From positions 90,086,001-90,150,000 of the forward strand of contig NC_042998.1 in assembly GCF_006345805.1 (NCBI RefSeq): DNA of 64,000 nucleotides, given 5' to 3'. Positions 51,965 to 64,000 of the stretch are shown here, piece by piece (within the stretch, counting starts at the first letter, position 1; each line of letters begins with the position of its first letter). Under the pieces are notes generated by a model that worked only from the letters and a program-made list of their open reading frames with translations, did no database searches and was not told the origin of the DNA. The stretch comes from Octopus sinensis (lineage: Eukaryota). The translations under genes and the position numbers were made by a program.

Positions 51965-52172
51965 GGTTTCAATTTTTGGCACACTGTCAGCAATTTTGTG
52001 GGCAGGGGTGTAAGTCGATTACATCGACCCCAATGCTCAACTGATACGTATTTTTTTGACCCCGAAAAGCAAAGTCGACCTCGGTGGATTTTGAACACAG
52101 AGAGTAAAGACGAGAAAAATGCCGCTAGGCATTTTGCCATGCGTGCTTACGATTCTGCTAGCTCGCCGCCTT
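51965..52172 (-). mobile_element. SINE B
   Basis: 'ggtttcaatttttggcac...caaagtcgacctcgg...ctgctagctcgccgcc'. Confidence 0.8.
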
Positions 52173-52829
52173 ACGTAGAGATAACTATCATAAAATATTT
52201 CCATGCCATTCTCACTTCAAATCCTGCTGGGGTTGATGTTTCTTCTCATCCCCAAATGTCGGTAAAACAGATATCAGTAATACACTAAGATCTATACTGT
52301 CAACGCTCTCCTAGTGCCTAAGAAATATATCGTTATTTATAAGATAAAATCAGCCTAAACATGAGATTTTATTCGGTCGCCATCATCATCGTCATAACCA
52401 CCAACTTTATAGTCATCGTTCTCCTCTTCCTCTCCATCATTTTCATCATCATCATTGCTTTAAACACTGCTTGATTTTTCTTAGTCGAAGAAACCATGTG
52501 AGTATGAATAAGAAATAAGACAAATAATCTTTTAATATGGACCCAGGTGCACTTTATCTGTTATTAACATTCAGAGACAAATGGCAGAAGCAAGAACATG
52601 TTAACATGCTACACAATGAAAAGAGAAAAACAGTCATTATTCTCCTCTGTGTTGTTTTGATATAACATATCTGCTGGATATGTTTATTTAAAAAGACATA
52701 GCTAGAATCTTTCGTCATTATTTTCTGGTATGATACGACCTTGACCTCTTTAAATTTGGATAGAATTCAAATATAAGTACCTTGCTTACTCTTGGCTGTT
52801 TCTTTCATTTTAATACTTGTATTACCCTA

Positions 52830-53210
52830 AGGCGACGAGGTGGTAGAAACGTTAGCACGCCGGGCGAAATGCTTAGTGGCATTTTGTCTGCCACTACGTT
52901 CTGAGTTCAAATTCCGCCGAGGTCGACTTTGCCTTTCATCCTTTCGGGGTCAATTAAATAAGTACCAGTTACGCACTGGGGTCGATATAATCGACTTAAT
53001 CCGTTTGTCTGTCCTTGTTTGTCCTCTCTGTGTTTAGCCCCTTGTGGATAGTAAAGAAATAGGTATTTCGTCTGTCTTTATGTTCTGAGTTCAAATTCCG
53101 CCGAGGTCGTCTTTGCCTTTCCTCCTTTCGGAGTCGATAAATTAAGTATCAGCTGCGTACTGGGGTCGATCTAAAATTTCGGGCCTTGTACCTAGAGTAG
53201 AAAAGAATAT
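52830..53210 (+). mobile_element. SINE B dimeric variant
   Basis: Same structure as 41490-41805, with tail 'gggccttgtacctagagtagaaaagaat' (also seen at 1-55). Confidence 0.88.
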
Positions 53211-53212
53211 TC

Positions 53213-54058
53213 TTATTACTATGCGCGCGTAAGCGATAGCAGGGTATTGTAATCACTTGTCTTTGTCTGTTTGCGTGCTTGCAAAATTATTGGAAAGCGG
53301 CTGAATCGATTTTCACCACATTTGGCAGAAATTGTGTAAATGGTTCGAAATGATGAACATTTGGTTTGATTATCTTTAAAAAAAGAAAAAAGAAAGAATT
53401 CTTTTAAATCGAACTTACAAATTTCCCGATAAGCAAGTGGTTATATTATTTTGTTCACTTTCTTTTCAATAGGAATTGACCCTCGTTTGCGTGTATATAT
53501 ATCATGGTGTACCTATGCGCATAGACACGTATGCGTACATACATGCATGCATACATACATACATACATACATATATACACAAATATGCGATTCTGTGTAT
53601 GTGTGTGTGAGTGTGTGTGTGTGGTGTGTGTGTGTGTGTGTTGTGTGTGTGTGTGTGTGCGTGTTTGAGTGTGTGTGTGCGTACAGTGATGGATTCGAGG
53701 GTTTCGTTTATTTACGACTTGATTTTCTAAATTTTACCGGAGTATAAATAGCTACAATGGTGATACTTAAAAAGAAGTAAAAAAGAATCGAACTTTAAAA
53801 TTTCCCGATAAGCAAGTGGACTAATAAAGTATGAAAGTCTATATGAATGCCAATATCATATAATACCATCAGAAAAGTGGAGCTACATTTGAATAAACAT
53901 TACAAAGTAAGTGTATTGTGCTGGACTTGGGCTTTGCATATCAAATATATTCAAAACAATCATTTCTAGAAGACACGCTTCAATTTCAGAAAAATAATTC
54001 CTAAAAGTACTTGTAGATTATTTATACGTCTTACCCTGTGACAAGCGAGCGGCAAGAA
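53213..54058 (+). mobile_element. Possible Helentron-associated (DINE/HINE-like) non-autonomous element
   Basis: Short subterminal inverted motif cagggta (53240) / taccctg (54033), 'gtctgtttgcgtgc...gaatcgattttcacca.atttgg' core, internal direct repeat 'aatcgaactt..aatttcccgataagcaagtgg'. Confidence 0.4.
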
Positions 54059-54225
54059 AAATAAATTGTACAAAGTGTTAATTGTTGAAACGGTTAGTAT
54101 AGTGCGAACTGTGATAGATAGACAGACAGACAGGTAGGCAGGCAGGCAGGCGAAAGCAAGGAGTTAAAGAATGATTGAAAATTAGAAACTAGTAGCCTAA
54201 GAATTTTTCTCCTGAATAATTCCAT

Positions 54226-55520
54226 TATTTATTAGCCACATGGGCTCAAATACAAATTAAACTTTAAAACCTGTGGTTTTACAAAACATTTGGGGATGGA
54301 TAAGACAAAGTTATATAAATAGGATGGAAGATGTAAGGATGTTATATATGCAATGTACATATTAAAAACTTAATAAAGATTAAAGAAAATAGATTAAGTA
54401 TGAAATTATATAAAATTTACTATAATTAAACGAGATATAATTTAGACAATTTCAACTACAGAGAAAATATTCAACCTTTGCTTACAGCTTAGTCTGTCTT
54501 CTGAATATCATCTCTTCCTTTTGATACAGTACATCTTCTTCGTTGTTAATTTTGTAGACGCCCAGCTCTGATATGAAAGACATAACTTAATCGTGAACTT
54601 CATGTCACGTGGCGTGAGGTTGTCATCGTGAGTTTTAAGCATCTTTTGCTTCTCTCATTGAATTCCTTTATCTTATTGTTTTCCTACGTAACAATCTGCC
54701 ACTCCTTTTCAGCCACCGTTCACTTCCTTTTGTTGCAAGTAGAAATGGTAATACTACTAGGTCAGGGGGATCTCCGCCATATTCTGTTTCTGAGATAAAA
54801 TGCGAAGCAATCCTCTCTTCCACTTACGGAGCTTCGACAGCAGTGCTATTTCAACAACATGCTCAGGTACATGCTGTTGTAGTTGCTGATGTGGTATAGC
54901 TTCTCTCTGTTTTCCTGTCTTTCCCGCTCCTCTGAATAGAAAGCCCTTAAGTAGCTTTTACTGCCACAAGTGTAACACCTTGACTTTCTATACTCTATCG
55001 CCAGTCTCATTGCTTGTATTTCTAAACACCTGATGAGACACAATTCAGCTTCAGAATGGCCTTAATCCCTCTCCATTTCATATCTTTCCCCGTTACATCC
55101 GCATTTACCACAATGATGCACAAAAGATGTCATTGTCGCTGCCAACGCACCAAGCAATCCCCATTGTATTACGCGGCCCATCTGCAGCCACTCTTTGACA
55201 ATTTCACGGCCAGTGGAACATAGCCCCTTTTGACACAGCGCTGCCATAAATGTTTTTTAGACAAGTCTTTATCTACAACTAGAATTTCTTTCTTGGACAC
55301 ATCTGCGTGTTGTTATTGCTATTATTTGGTCATCGAAATCGCTCTCATTCGAACCAAAATTCACAGAAACATGCACTATATTGTGTTTCAAATGTGAATA
55401 TTCTGTTTTATAATATTTTGGTCCATTTTCTTTTTACATCGTTTTTCTTTTCGGTTTAGCTGTCATAGCTTTATTTGAGGACGGTTTCTTCATCAACAGT
55501 TTGAGTGGAATGTTACCTAA
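54226..55520 (-). mobile_element. Second, decayed ORF1-only L1/Tx1-like element
   Basis: Minus strand RLAIEYRKSRCYTCGSKSYLRAFY (knuckle with H>Y and C>Y single-nt changes, 54936-54977); 3' end 'gagcccatgtggctaataaataa'. Confidence 0.55.
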
Positions 55521-55889
55521 CAGAAAAAAAAAACGTCCAACCTTAGTTTTTTACAGCTTCAAATATCAGGATACGAGCTTCTGGAGAGATGTATCACGCA
55601 CTACCTTGGCTTGTTTCTTTCCTCACTGTCTTCCATTATTACGCGTATAGTTTCATAGTTTCTTACTCAGCCGATTGAATCCCTCGCTTCAGCCAGGTTG
55701 TCTGCTGTTGTTCTTTCAGGAAGACGAGAAAAGCTAATCATTCAGGTTTGTAAGGTAGACTTTTCCTCCACCAGATAAGGACTGTCTGTTTGGAGTAGCT
55801 CCAACGATAGAAGGAAAGCTAGAAACGCTTCCTTCTTTTTTTTCTAAATTCGAAATCGAAACTCATTCCTTCGTTCGGCGATACCAATG

Positions 55890-55933
<44 letters not shown>

Positions 55934-56314
55934 GTGTGTGTGTGTGTGTGTGCGTGTGCGAGCGTATGTGCGTGTGCGTTATGCCTGCCATTTCTGTTGC
56001 TGTTGAGGCGTTTCAACAAAATTACGTTAATTTTTTTGTTGGAAATCATTATTATTCTCTTGTGACATTAATGACGTGTGCTGAAGAACTGCATTTGTTT
56101 TTTTGTTTTTTGTTTTTTGTTTTTTGTTAATCTGTATACACGCGTTTAGTTTCATTAGAAAATTTTTGTGGGGCATTTTTCAAAGAAAAAGAACTGGGGT
56201 TTTTTTTCAACCTAAATCGTTCCTGCATCCTTATTTAGAAGTTTTGCATTAACCAAAGAGAATCGTCTTACACATAATACAATAAAAATAGCAACAACAA
56301 CGACAACAATGATG

Positions 56315-56728
56315 GTTTCTGTTTTAGACACAAGGCCAGCAATTTTTAGTGAAGGAGATTAATCGATACTCCCGATTGATACTTTAATTTGTCGATTCTG
56401 AGCGATGGAAAGCAAAGGTGATTTTGAAAAAAATCAGAATGTGAGAAGTTGCAACAAATATAGCAAAGTATTTTGTCCGACGCACTAACAATTCTACAAA
56501 TTGTCTATCATAATGATAATTTTTCTATTATTGGCACAAGGCCTATAATAAGGGACTGATCGATTACATCGATTCCAGGACGTCACTGCTCCTTTATTTT
56601 AATGACCCCAAAGGATGAAAGGCAAAATTAATCTTAACAGAAATTGAACTCAGAACGTAAAGAGCCAGAAGTAATACTGCTGAGCAATTTTGTCTGTCGC
56701 ACAAAGGGTATTGCCTGCTCGCCGCCGT
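56315..56728 (-). mobile_element. Two tandem SINE B copies
   Basis: 'ggatgaaaggcaaa..attgaactcagaacgtaaag...ctcgccgcc'. Confidence 0.7.
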
Positions 56729-56731
56729 GAT

Positions 56732-56799
<68 letters not shown>

Positions 56800-57197
56800 T
56801 CAGTGAAAAGGGATATATACCGCACAAATGCAACGAACCTCTGCAGAATGTGTGGGAAGAGGGTCGAAAGCGTGACTCACATTGTAAGTATTTGTGAAAG
56901 TCTTGCGCAGAAAGAGTGCTAGCATGGACATGACAAGGTAGCCCAAAAATTTCACTGGCTACTATGCCGGAAGTATGAATGCGTGGTAACGGGTGCTTAG
57001 TACCAACATATACTGGAGAAGGTAATGGACGAAAAGGACGAAGAGGGAAAGCAAACATTTTCTGGGACTTTACCTTCCAGACAAACAAGGTGTTAAAGAA
57101 CCGAAGGCAGGATATAGTCACCTTTAGGAGGGACAAACAAGAGTGCCTAATAATCGACGTGGCAGTAATTGGCGCAAGAAACAAAATGTTTCAATAG
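56800..57197 (+). pseudogene. Dong/R4-like LINE CCHC plus RLE fragment following (TAA)n
   Basis: CRMCGKRVESVTHIVSIC..HDKVA..HW and IFWDFTFQTNKVLKNRRQDIVTF..LIIDVAV. Confidence 0.8.
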
Positions 57198-58080
57198 AAA
57201 TCATAATCTATTATTTAAATATCTTAACAGCCAAGCAATTTGATCGTGAATTTTAGTCTGACACAAATTAGAGTATAAAGTAAAAGCGCAATGAAAGTGA
57301 GGTACTCATATCAACTAGCACAAGAGTTTTGACATCGGACCCACTTCCGTTATTTTCGTTGTTTCTGGACAAATAGCTAAATTTGATATAAATTTATTCA
57401 CATACTAATGGGAAACTAGATTTTCGTAGATCATTACATGAAATAATCTAAGACTCAGCAGGCGATTCATCTTATGAGCTAAGCATCATTTTATTTGCTT
57501 CCTATTGCTTCTAGAAATAAAAACATTCAGTTTTCCAGAAGATACGTATCATAGTAGTAGAATGAGAAAGCTATCAAAGAATTTGTGTAGAAGTTTTATT
57601 TTGTGTCAAAGCGCAACGGGAGAGTGGGTAAGGTTTTGGACTACCTGCTAAGTATCATTAGTTCGAATCTTGAGTAGCAAGCGTTTTCAGTATGATTTAT
57701 TCGGACCGTTTATTCATATCAAAGAATGGTATGCTTTCGTAGATACGTATCAGATTATATGAGAAGAAGCTACTTATTTTATAATCGCTTGAGGCCATGA
57801 AATAGGAACTAGACCTGGCTTTTTAGAGAAGATTTCTGAGCTTCTTAAACATTTATGCTCTTGGTTTATAGCCAGATTTAGCGTAATGACTACTACCACC
57901 ACCATCATCATCATCATTTGTTCTTTTGTCTGTTCTTTTTTTTTTGCAAAACAAAACTGGATATTTTAAAGAGAAATCATCTTTTGTACAGATATATCTA
58001 CTCACTGGTCTACAGCTGTAAGTTCTACACATCGATTTGCTTGGGTTTTTTTATCGTATTACGAAAAAAATTATATATAT

Positions 58081-58947
58081 ATACTACATATGTGGGAAAT
58101 TCTATCTGTGCGTGTGTTTGTGGAGTTGTTAGCTAACTCCTCCTACATCGTTATATCGATTTTGATGAAACTTGACACGTGAGTAGAACTCATGTCTGGA
58201 AACCTCATGGCATGCTCACATTGCTAAAAAAAATCGATAATAGAGCCCCTGGAAGGGATCCATATATATATAATATATTTTATTTTAAAAGCCAAGGGAA
58301 ATAACCCATTCATTTTCCTAAATTATTTGGTATAAATCAAATTGAGTATGCTTATTTCTTAGTATTTGAACTGTTAGAGTTATTTTCACAATTTATCCAG
58401 TACAACCCTGAAACAAATTAATAGTATTTTCCTAAACAATAGACCCACTTATTTCGGTTAGTGGCTTATTCACGAATATACCAACACTAGCGCCCCTAAG
58501 GGTAATATTCTAAGGGAACACACAAAACTCTTTTTCAGAGTTATTTACTTTGAATTGTTTTTATCTCATACCAGCTTAGCCTGTTATTACGTAACATGCT
58601 TCACGATTTTAATATACATACCTTATTAGTATTTTCTCCTATGTTCTATATACTCATGGAACGCTTTAAAGCCTCTTTCGGGGCTACTTTCTTTGAATTC
58701 TTACTATTGGGTAACTAATTTCATGTTATTACATAACTGACTTCACAATTTGGGTATTAATAACTTACTGGGCATTCATAGAAACAAGATCAGGTGTAAG
58801 ACAGTTTGGTATTCCCTGTAAATGCATAAAAACCGTTTTAAGGGCTATATACTTTGTATTGTTGTTATTGGATCAGCGAAGCAATTATGAGAACGGAACC
58901 AAGGGATAAGCCCCGCCTTTCCGGGAATTACCGGGTACGTCAGCTAG
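58081..58947 (+). mobile_element. Non-autonomous Helitron
   Basis: 5' 'tctatctgtgcgtgtg...ctcctccta...cgattttgatgaaacttg'; 3' 'ccgggaattaccgggtacgtcagCTAG|T'; in a TA-rich site. Confidence 0.65.
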
Positions 58948-59449
58948 TATACATATATATTAGAAGTATCTCTTACTGAATATAACAAGATCTGAAAGAA
59001 ATAAAAAGATGACTGGAGTTGAATAATCCCTAAGTACCAAATAAGTCTATGATTCAAAGGTATAACGGGAATCTCTGTTAAAGTATCTTATTTCCTTCGG
59101 CTATGGTAGACTATGGGTTTCTACACCTGGTATGTTCACTCCAAAATGCATACTTGCAAATGTTATTGTGTGAAAGACAAGCAGTTGCCACGCCAACGAT
59201 AACGTGTAAGGGAAAGGTAAGGCTGATACAGCATAGCACCACAAAGATCATAATGAGTTAGCGTCGGAACGCAGAGTCGCTAATTCACTAATCTGGATTG
59301 GCACTTTTGAAAATATAAGATGTTGAATACATTTGAATCGGGAATCTGAATTCCAGCTTTATATAGTTGGTTCTTGGTTCTTTTTAATCAATTCATTTTA
59401 TTAATATTCAATTTATAAACATTTATTTGCATTAAGGATTGCGGATTAT

Positions 59450-60250
59450 TAGTGTAGTTAAATCGTCGAACAAAATGCCTTGCGGTATTTAATTAGGTCT
59501 CTTTACGTTCTGAGTTCAAACTCTGCCAAGGTTGACTTTGATATTCAGCTTTTCGACGGCCGATAAAATAAAATACCAATCAAATACTGTGTTCTATTTA
59601 ATCAAGTAACTTTGTTCAACTTCTAGACCTTGTACTTAATCAATAGAACGTCGGACAAAATTACATGAAGTATTTGTTTACGGCTTTTTACATTCTGAGT
59701 TAAGAAGTCAACTTTGCCTTTATCATTTCGAGATCGATAAATTAAAATACTATTATTGGAGTATTTGAGTCGATGGCATTGACTAACCACCTTCCTTCAA
59801 AATTTGTGATCTTGTGCCTAAATCAGAGATTAGCAATATCGTTGAAGCATAAGAAAAACTGCTTCGCTGTACTTAAGTCCTCTTCTGTTCTGAGTTCAAA
59901 TCTCTCCAAGATCATTTCTAGCATTCATCCTTCGAGTGTTCATACAATATAATACCTACCAAATACTGAGGTTGATTTAAATCGACTAATTTCTCGTGCC
60001 AGATTAGATATATGGCAATGTGCGAAATCAATACTTATGGTTGTTAGAATTGATCGATAAGTACAAGACACAATATGATGCAGTATTTAGTATTTATGCA
60101 CTTTTGAATTCTCGGTTCAAATCTCGGTAAGTCTGACTTTACCCATTATTCTTTCTGGGATCGATAAAATAAACTCTGAACCCATTACTGATATTAACGC
60201 TATCCTCAACACACTCTCCAAAATTAATGGTTTTCTGACAGTTTGAAAAT
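59450..60250 (+). mobile_element. Tandem run of about 4 old SINE B copies (~190-200-bp period)
   Basis: Recurring 'ttctgagttcaaa..ct..aaggt.gacttt..tcgataaaataaa' near 59510, 59695, 59890 and 60115. Confidence 0.6.
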
Positions 60251-60284
60251 AATTAGCCCTGTTGTCGTTTGTTTTTTGCCGTTG

Positions 60285-60755
60285 ACGTTGTTGTTGTTGT
60301 TCTTGTTCTTCTTCTTCTTCTTCTTCTTCTTCTTCTTCTTCTTCCTCCTCCTCCTCTTCTTCTTCTTCTTCTTCTTGAGGAGGAGGAGGAAGAGGGGGAG
60401 GTGCGTGGAGGAGGAAGAGGAGGAGGGGTGGAAGAGGAGGAGGAGGAGGCGGAGGAGGCGGAGGAGGCGGAGGAGGCGGAGGAGGCGGATGGAGGTGGAG
60501 GAGGGATGAGGAGGAGGAGGAGGAGGAGGGTGAAGGAGGAGGAGGGTGAAGGAGGAGGAGGGTGAAGGAGGAGAGGGAGGAAGATGAGGAGGGAGGAGGA
60601 GGGGGAGGCCATGACGGTGATCGCAGAAGTGTTGGTGTTATTATTGATAATGGAAATGATGAGGAGGACATCGACAATGAAGACAACGACGACGACCACA
60701 TCGCTGAAGACGATGATGATGATAAATCATTATCGCCATCGTTATCATCATCATT
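60285..60755. repeat. Low-complexity (CTT)n/(GGA)n/(GAT)n tract
   Basis: Seen directly; source of the poly-E/P/R ORFs. Confidence 0.9.
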
Positions 60756-61247
60756 ATCGTGGCATTGTTACTTTTGTCCGATCATCGAGTAAAAATAAAT
60801 CGGCATGTAAACATCTCTATTTCGGAAACTGTAAACGATCTCATCAACTTTTTGAACGTTTGTATAGGAATTTAGAAGGGTAAGCAAGTCATTGTTTTAT
60901 CCTCGGAAGCTAAGTAAATATACATCACTATACAAATGGATCCTTTAATTGATAGCAGTGAGGTATGTGAGTGTATTACATTCACAATCGCTCTCATCAA
61001 CAAATTTTACGTCTATTACTGCCATAAGCCATTACTATACTATGTCTACAACACTGTTTGCATTTACTTAATGTACGTCTACTCATCTCTTAGTTATATT
61101 TTAAGAGTTAAGTGTAGGCTATCTGTGACATATTTTATCGCCGCCCCCTTATACACTCAAAGGTATGCTCACGCAAACAAATACACATATCTTGTGAGAA
61201 GTGAATGAACACAGTCACGCAGACTTATACAAGTATACTCACTCACT

Positions 61248-61281
<34 letters not shown>

Positions 61282-61465
61282 CATACATACATACATACAT
61301 ACATACATACATACATTGTTTTTATGTAAAGTTATAAAAAAAACAATTTAACATTAAACTGAAGGATTACTCAGTATTTTTTGTTCGAATCCGTGTTTAT
61401 TAAACTTTTAACTTTTACATGGAAAAAGTTGACAGGGACTTCAAAGTTTTAATTTCAAATGTGCG

Positions 61466-61504
<39 letters not shown>

Positions 61505-61596
61505 GCACGCACACATATACACACATACACACGCATGTATATATATATATATATATATATTTATACATACACACACATATATATACATACACATAC

Positions 61597-61654
<58 letters not shown>

Positions 61655-61715
61655 ATATATATAATATATATATATAGCATTATTAAATCTCAGAATGAGA
61701 TTGAAACAGTAATCG

Positions 61716-61930
61716 CTCGATAATGTAAAGTATAGAAGCCATCTTAACATGGCTAACCACATAGGGGAGGGGATGTTACTGTAGCTTTATAGCCCCAAGA
61801 GATCGTCGTCTCCAGCTGGCTTTAGACACCATTTCAGTGCCCTTGAAGTATTTGCAAAGGGTGGCCATCCCTTCCTCGCAAGCCTGAGTGATACGCTCGG
61901 ACTAGTTTCGGGATTTTTGTCCCTTGTCAA
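61716..61930 (-). mobile_element. Short repeat carrying a truncated hammerhead 3' half (probable Penelope pLTR fragment)
   Basis: Minus strand ttgacaa-ggga caaaaa tccc-GAAA-ctag-TC-cgag; the 5' side is lost into (TA)n. Confidence 0.45.
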
Positions 61931-61950
61931 TATATATATATATATATATA

Positions 61951-62766
61951 CTAGCAGTATTGCCCGGCTCGTGCGCTCGTGCGTTCTATGCACGCGCGAA
62001 TTAAGCTAAACTTGGATGAAGTTCAATCAAAATTCAATTATTTTGGTTTTAAAACCAAGCATTTAATACCCTCTATTTTTGCGCTTATGTGTTCCATTAC
62101 CTCAATAGGAAGTACGTAGAAGCGTTTCATAAATTTTTGTTGATCAAATAATTGCATTGTTGAATTATTCTTTTAGATCAGTATTTCTCAACGGGGATTT
62201 CAGGGAGAATTTCAGGGAGTCGCTGGCGATGTATCGTGATGATCAAAATTCCGGCCTGCTACAATTTGGTTAAAGTGATTCAAACTGCAGACTCAACGCA
62301 AAATGGTCACATTTAATTCAAAGCGTTAAAAATGTTATGAAAACAATTGGTATGTGTTCACAAAGTCCAAACGATTAATACGAAAAATCCCTCCAGGCTA
62401 CATCCCGAAAGTTCATTTCTTTGCCGAATTTCTACAATGTTTACGGCGATTCGTTTTTATATCTTGATTTTTTATTTTTCATGCAATTTAGGCATGCTTG
62501 CACGCATGGTGAACACAGTTCACGTCAAACAGCTGACTGAATAAAGTTCACTATTCAATGCATGGGATAAGGCCTAAACAAACACATTATCGATTTTTGC
62601 ACTTGCGAGATGAATTTCGGAACAGAAATAGCGCAGTTCAATTTTCATTCGCCTAAACTTTAAGTGACCCATTTTTTGTGGTTCTACGATTTATTGGCTA
62701 GGAGGAGATGTCCGGGAAGTTAAACACACAGACACACACACAGATACACACACAGACACACAAGTT

Positions 62767-62829
<63 letters not shown>

Positions 62830-62830
62830 T
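61951..62830 (-). mobile_element. Non-autonomous Helitron
   Basis: 'ctagcagtattgcccggc' is the reverse complement of a terminus like that at 12137; the other end reads 'atctcaacttgtgtgtctgtg...ctcctccta' in (TA)n. Confidence 0.65.
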
Positions 62831-63585
62831 ATAGCACATAAGCTCTTGATTCATCGAAATCCTCTTCGTGAGAACAATAAACAATTGCGTTCTGGAAATT
62901 ACAATCAGTTCAAAATGAGAACGGAAAATAATCTCAAACATCGAAAATTCTCCGAGCCTAACGTACCAATACGGAAAATATACCTAGAATATACGAAAAT
63001 ATTATCATGTATGGTATTTGTTATAGCTTTATACAATTTTTTAGTTCATATTATTGCCCCTGACTAGTCAAAGTTATTCATCTTCGTTCATTTTCATTTA
63101 TATTATGCAAATTAGCCTAGGCCATAAATGTTTCCTATTCTATATTGTATATCTAAGGATCTTGTACAAGAGATTGAAAATAGGATGTGCTGATGTGCTG
63201 ATGTGCTGATGACGCCTATTGATGTAGAGAGATATGTACGCTATTCGCTGCGTCTTCAGTCTATCGACAGACTTTTCTTTAACAGCATATCATTTTCGGA
63301 GAATACTTCGTAAGATAATTTCACTTTCTTACTTGGAATTGGTCACAATTGCCACAAAGCATTTGTGTATTCTTCTCTCGGAGGTAGAATAATTTCAATA
63401 AATCTTGTATATACTTTGCTATACCTTTATTCTCTTTGTTATATATGTCCATGCTACTGATTTTACTGAGATATTTCTCTTGGCCCATTTTTGTTGGTAT
63501 ACGCACATATTTATATGAGGGGATGCGTGTGTATAGTGATAGATAGATAGATAGATAGATAGATTGATTCATTGATTGATTCATT

Positions 63586-63673
<88 letters not shown>

Positions 63674-63928
63674 TACACGATGGTTTATTAGGCGTAAGAG
63701 TCTATAAGACTTCAGGTTTGACAGGCCTTTTTCTGAACAACCCTGCCTGTAATCCAATCTCTGGCTTTGTGTATATAAGACGTAGGTTAATTTTCTGGAA
63801 CATGACATTATTCTCTTGTAAGCCCCGAAATATGGTACATACACACACACACACATACATACACACGCACACATTCATGAATTTCAATTTCAAATATGTG
63901 TCAATGTGTGTCTGACTGCCTGTGTATC

Positions 63929-63960
<32 letters not shown>

Positions 63961-64000
63961 TGTATGTATGTATGTATGTATGTATGTATGTATGTGGACT

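Noticed and set aside
57611-57680. tRNA-like A/B boxes
   Set aside because: No intact cloverleaf; probably a decayed SINE head rather than a tRNA gene.
60117-60792. Long Pro/Glu/Arg-rich ORFs
   Set aside because: Trinucleotide low-complexity artefacts.
62176-62230. hAT-like TIR 'cagtatttctcaac'
   Set aside because: No partner TIR or TSD found.

Overview
AT-rich, microsatellite-saturated eukaryotic DNA with no convincing multi-exon gene. The dominant tRNA-derived SINE families and the repeat density point to an octopus (coleoid cephalopod) genome; this is inferred from recalled family features, not from a search. Most ORFs in the track are microsatellite artefacts. The real coding remnants are transposon-derived: an RTE-clade RT, Dong/R4-type RT/RLE fragments, CR1-like 3' ends, a mariner transposase, Penelope-like GIY-YIG fragments, and two gag/ORF1-only elements. 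The main finding is a 4.1-kb array of ~560-bp tandem units (24351-28476) that flips orientation in the middle. Every complete unit carries a type I hammerhead ribozyme motif (7 copies), giving a retrozyme-like or Penelope-pLTR-like arrangement predicted to release ~560-nt RNA monomers, possibly circular. Several further intact or decayed hammerheads of different sequence occur elsewhere in the window, often next to Penelope remnants or fold-back repeats. Other notable items: an ORF1-only (HAL1-like) retroelement inserted into a SINE head with a 16-bp TSD, a Helitron that may have captured an RTE fragment, a SINE-derived 155-bp minisatellite whose origin can be read from the sequence, and a possible signal-peptide first exon at 38733-38839.
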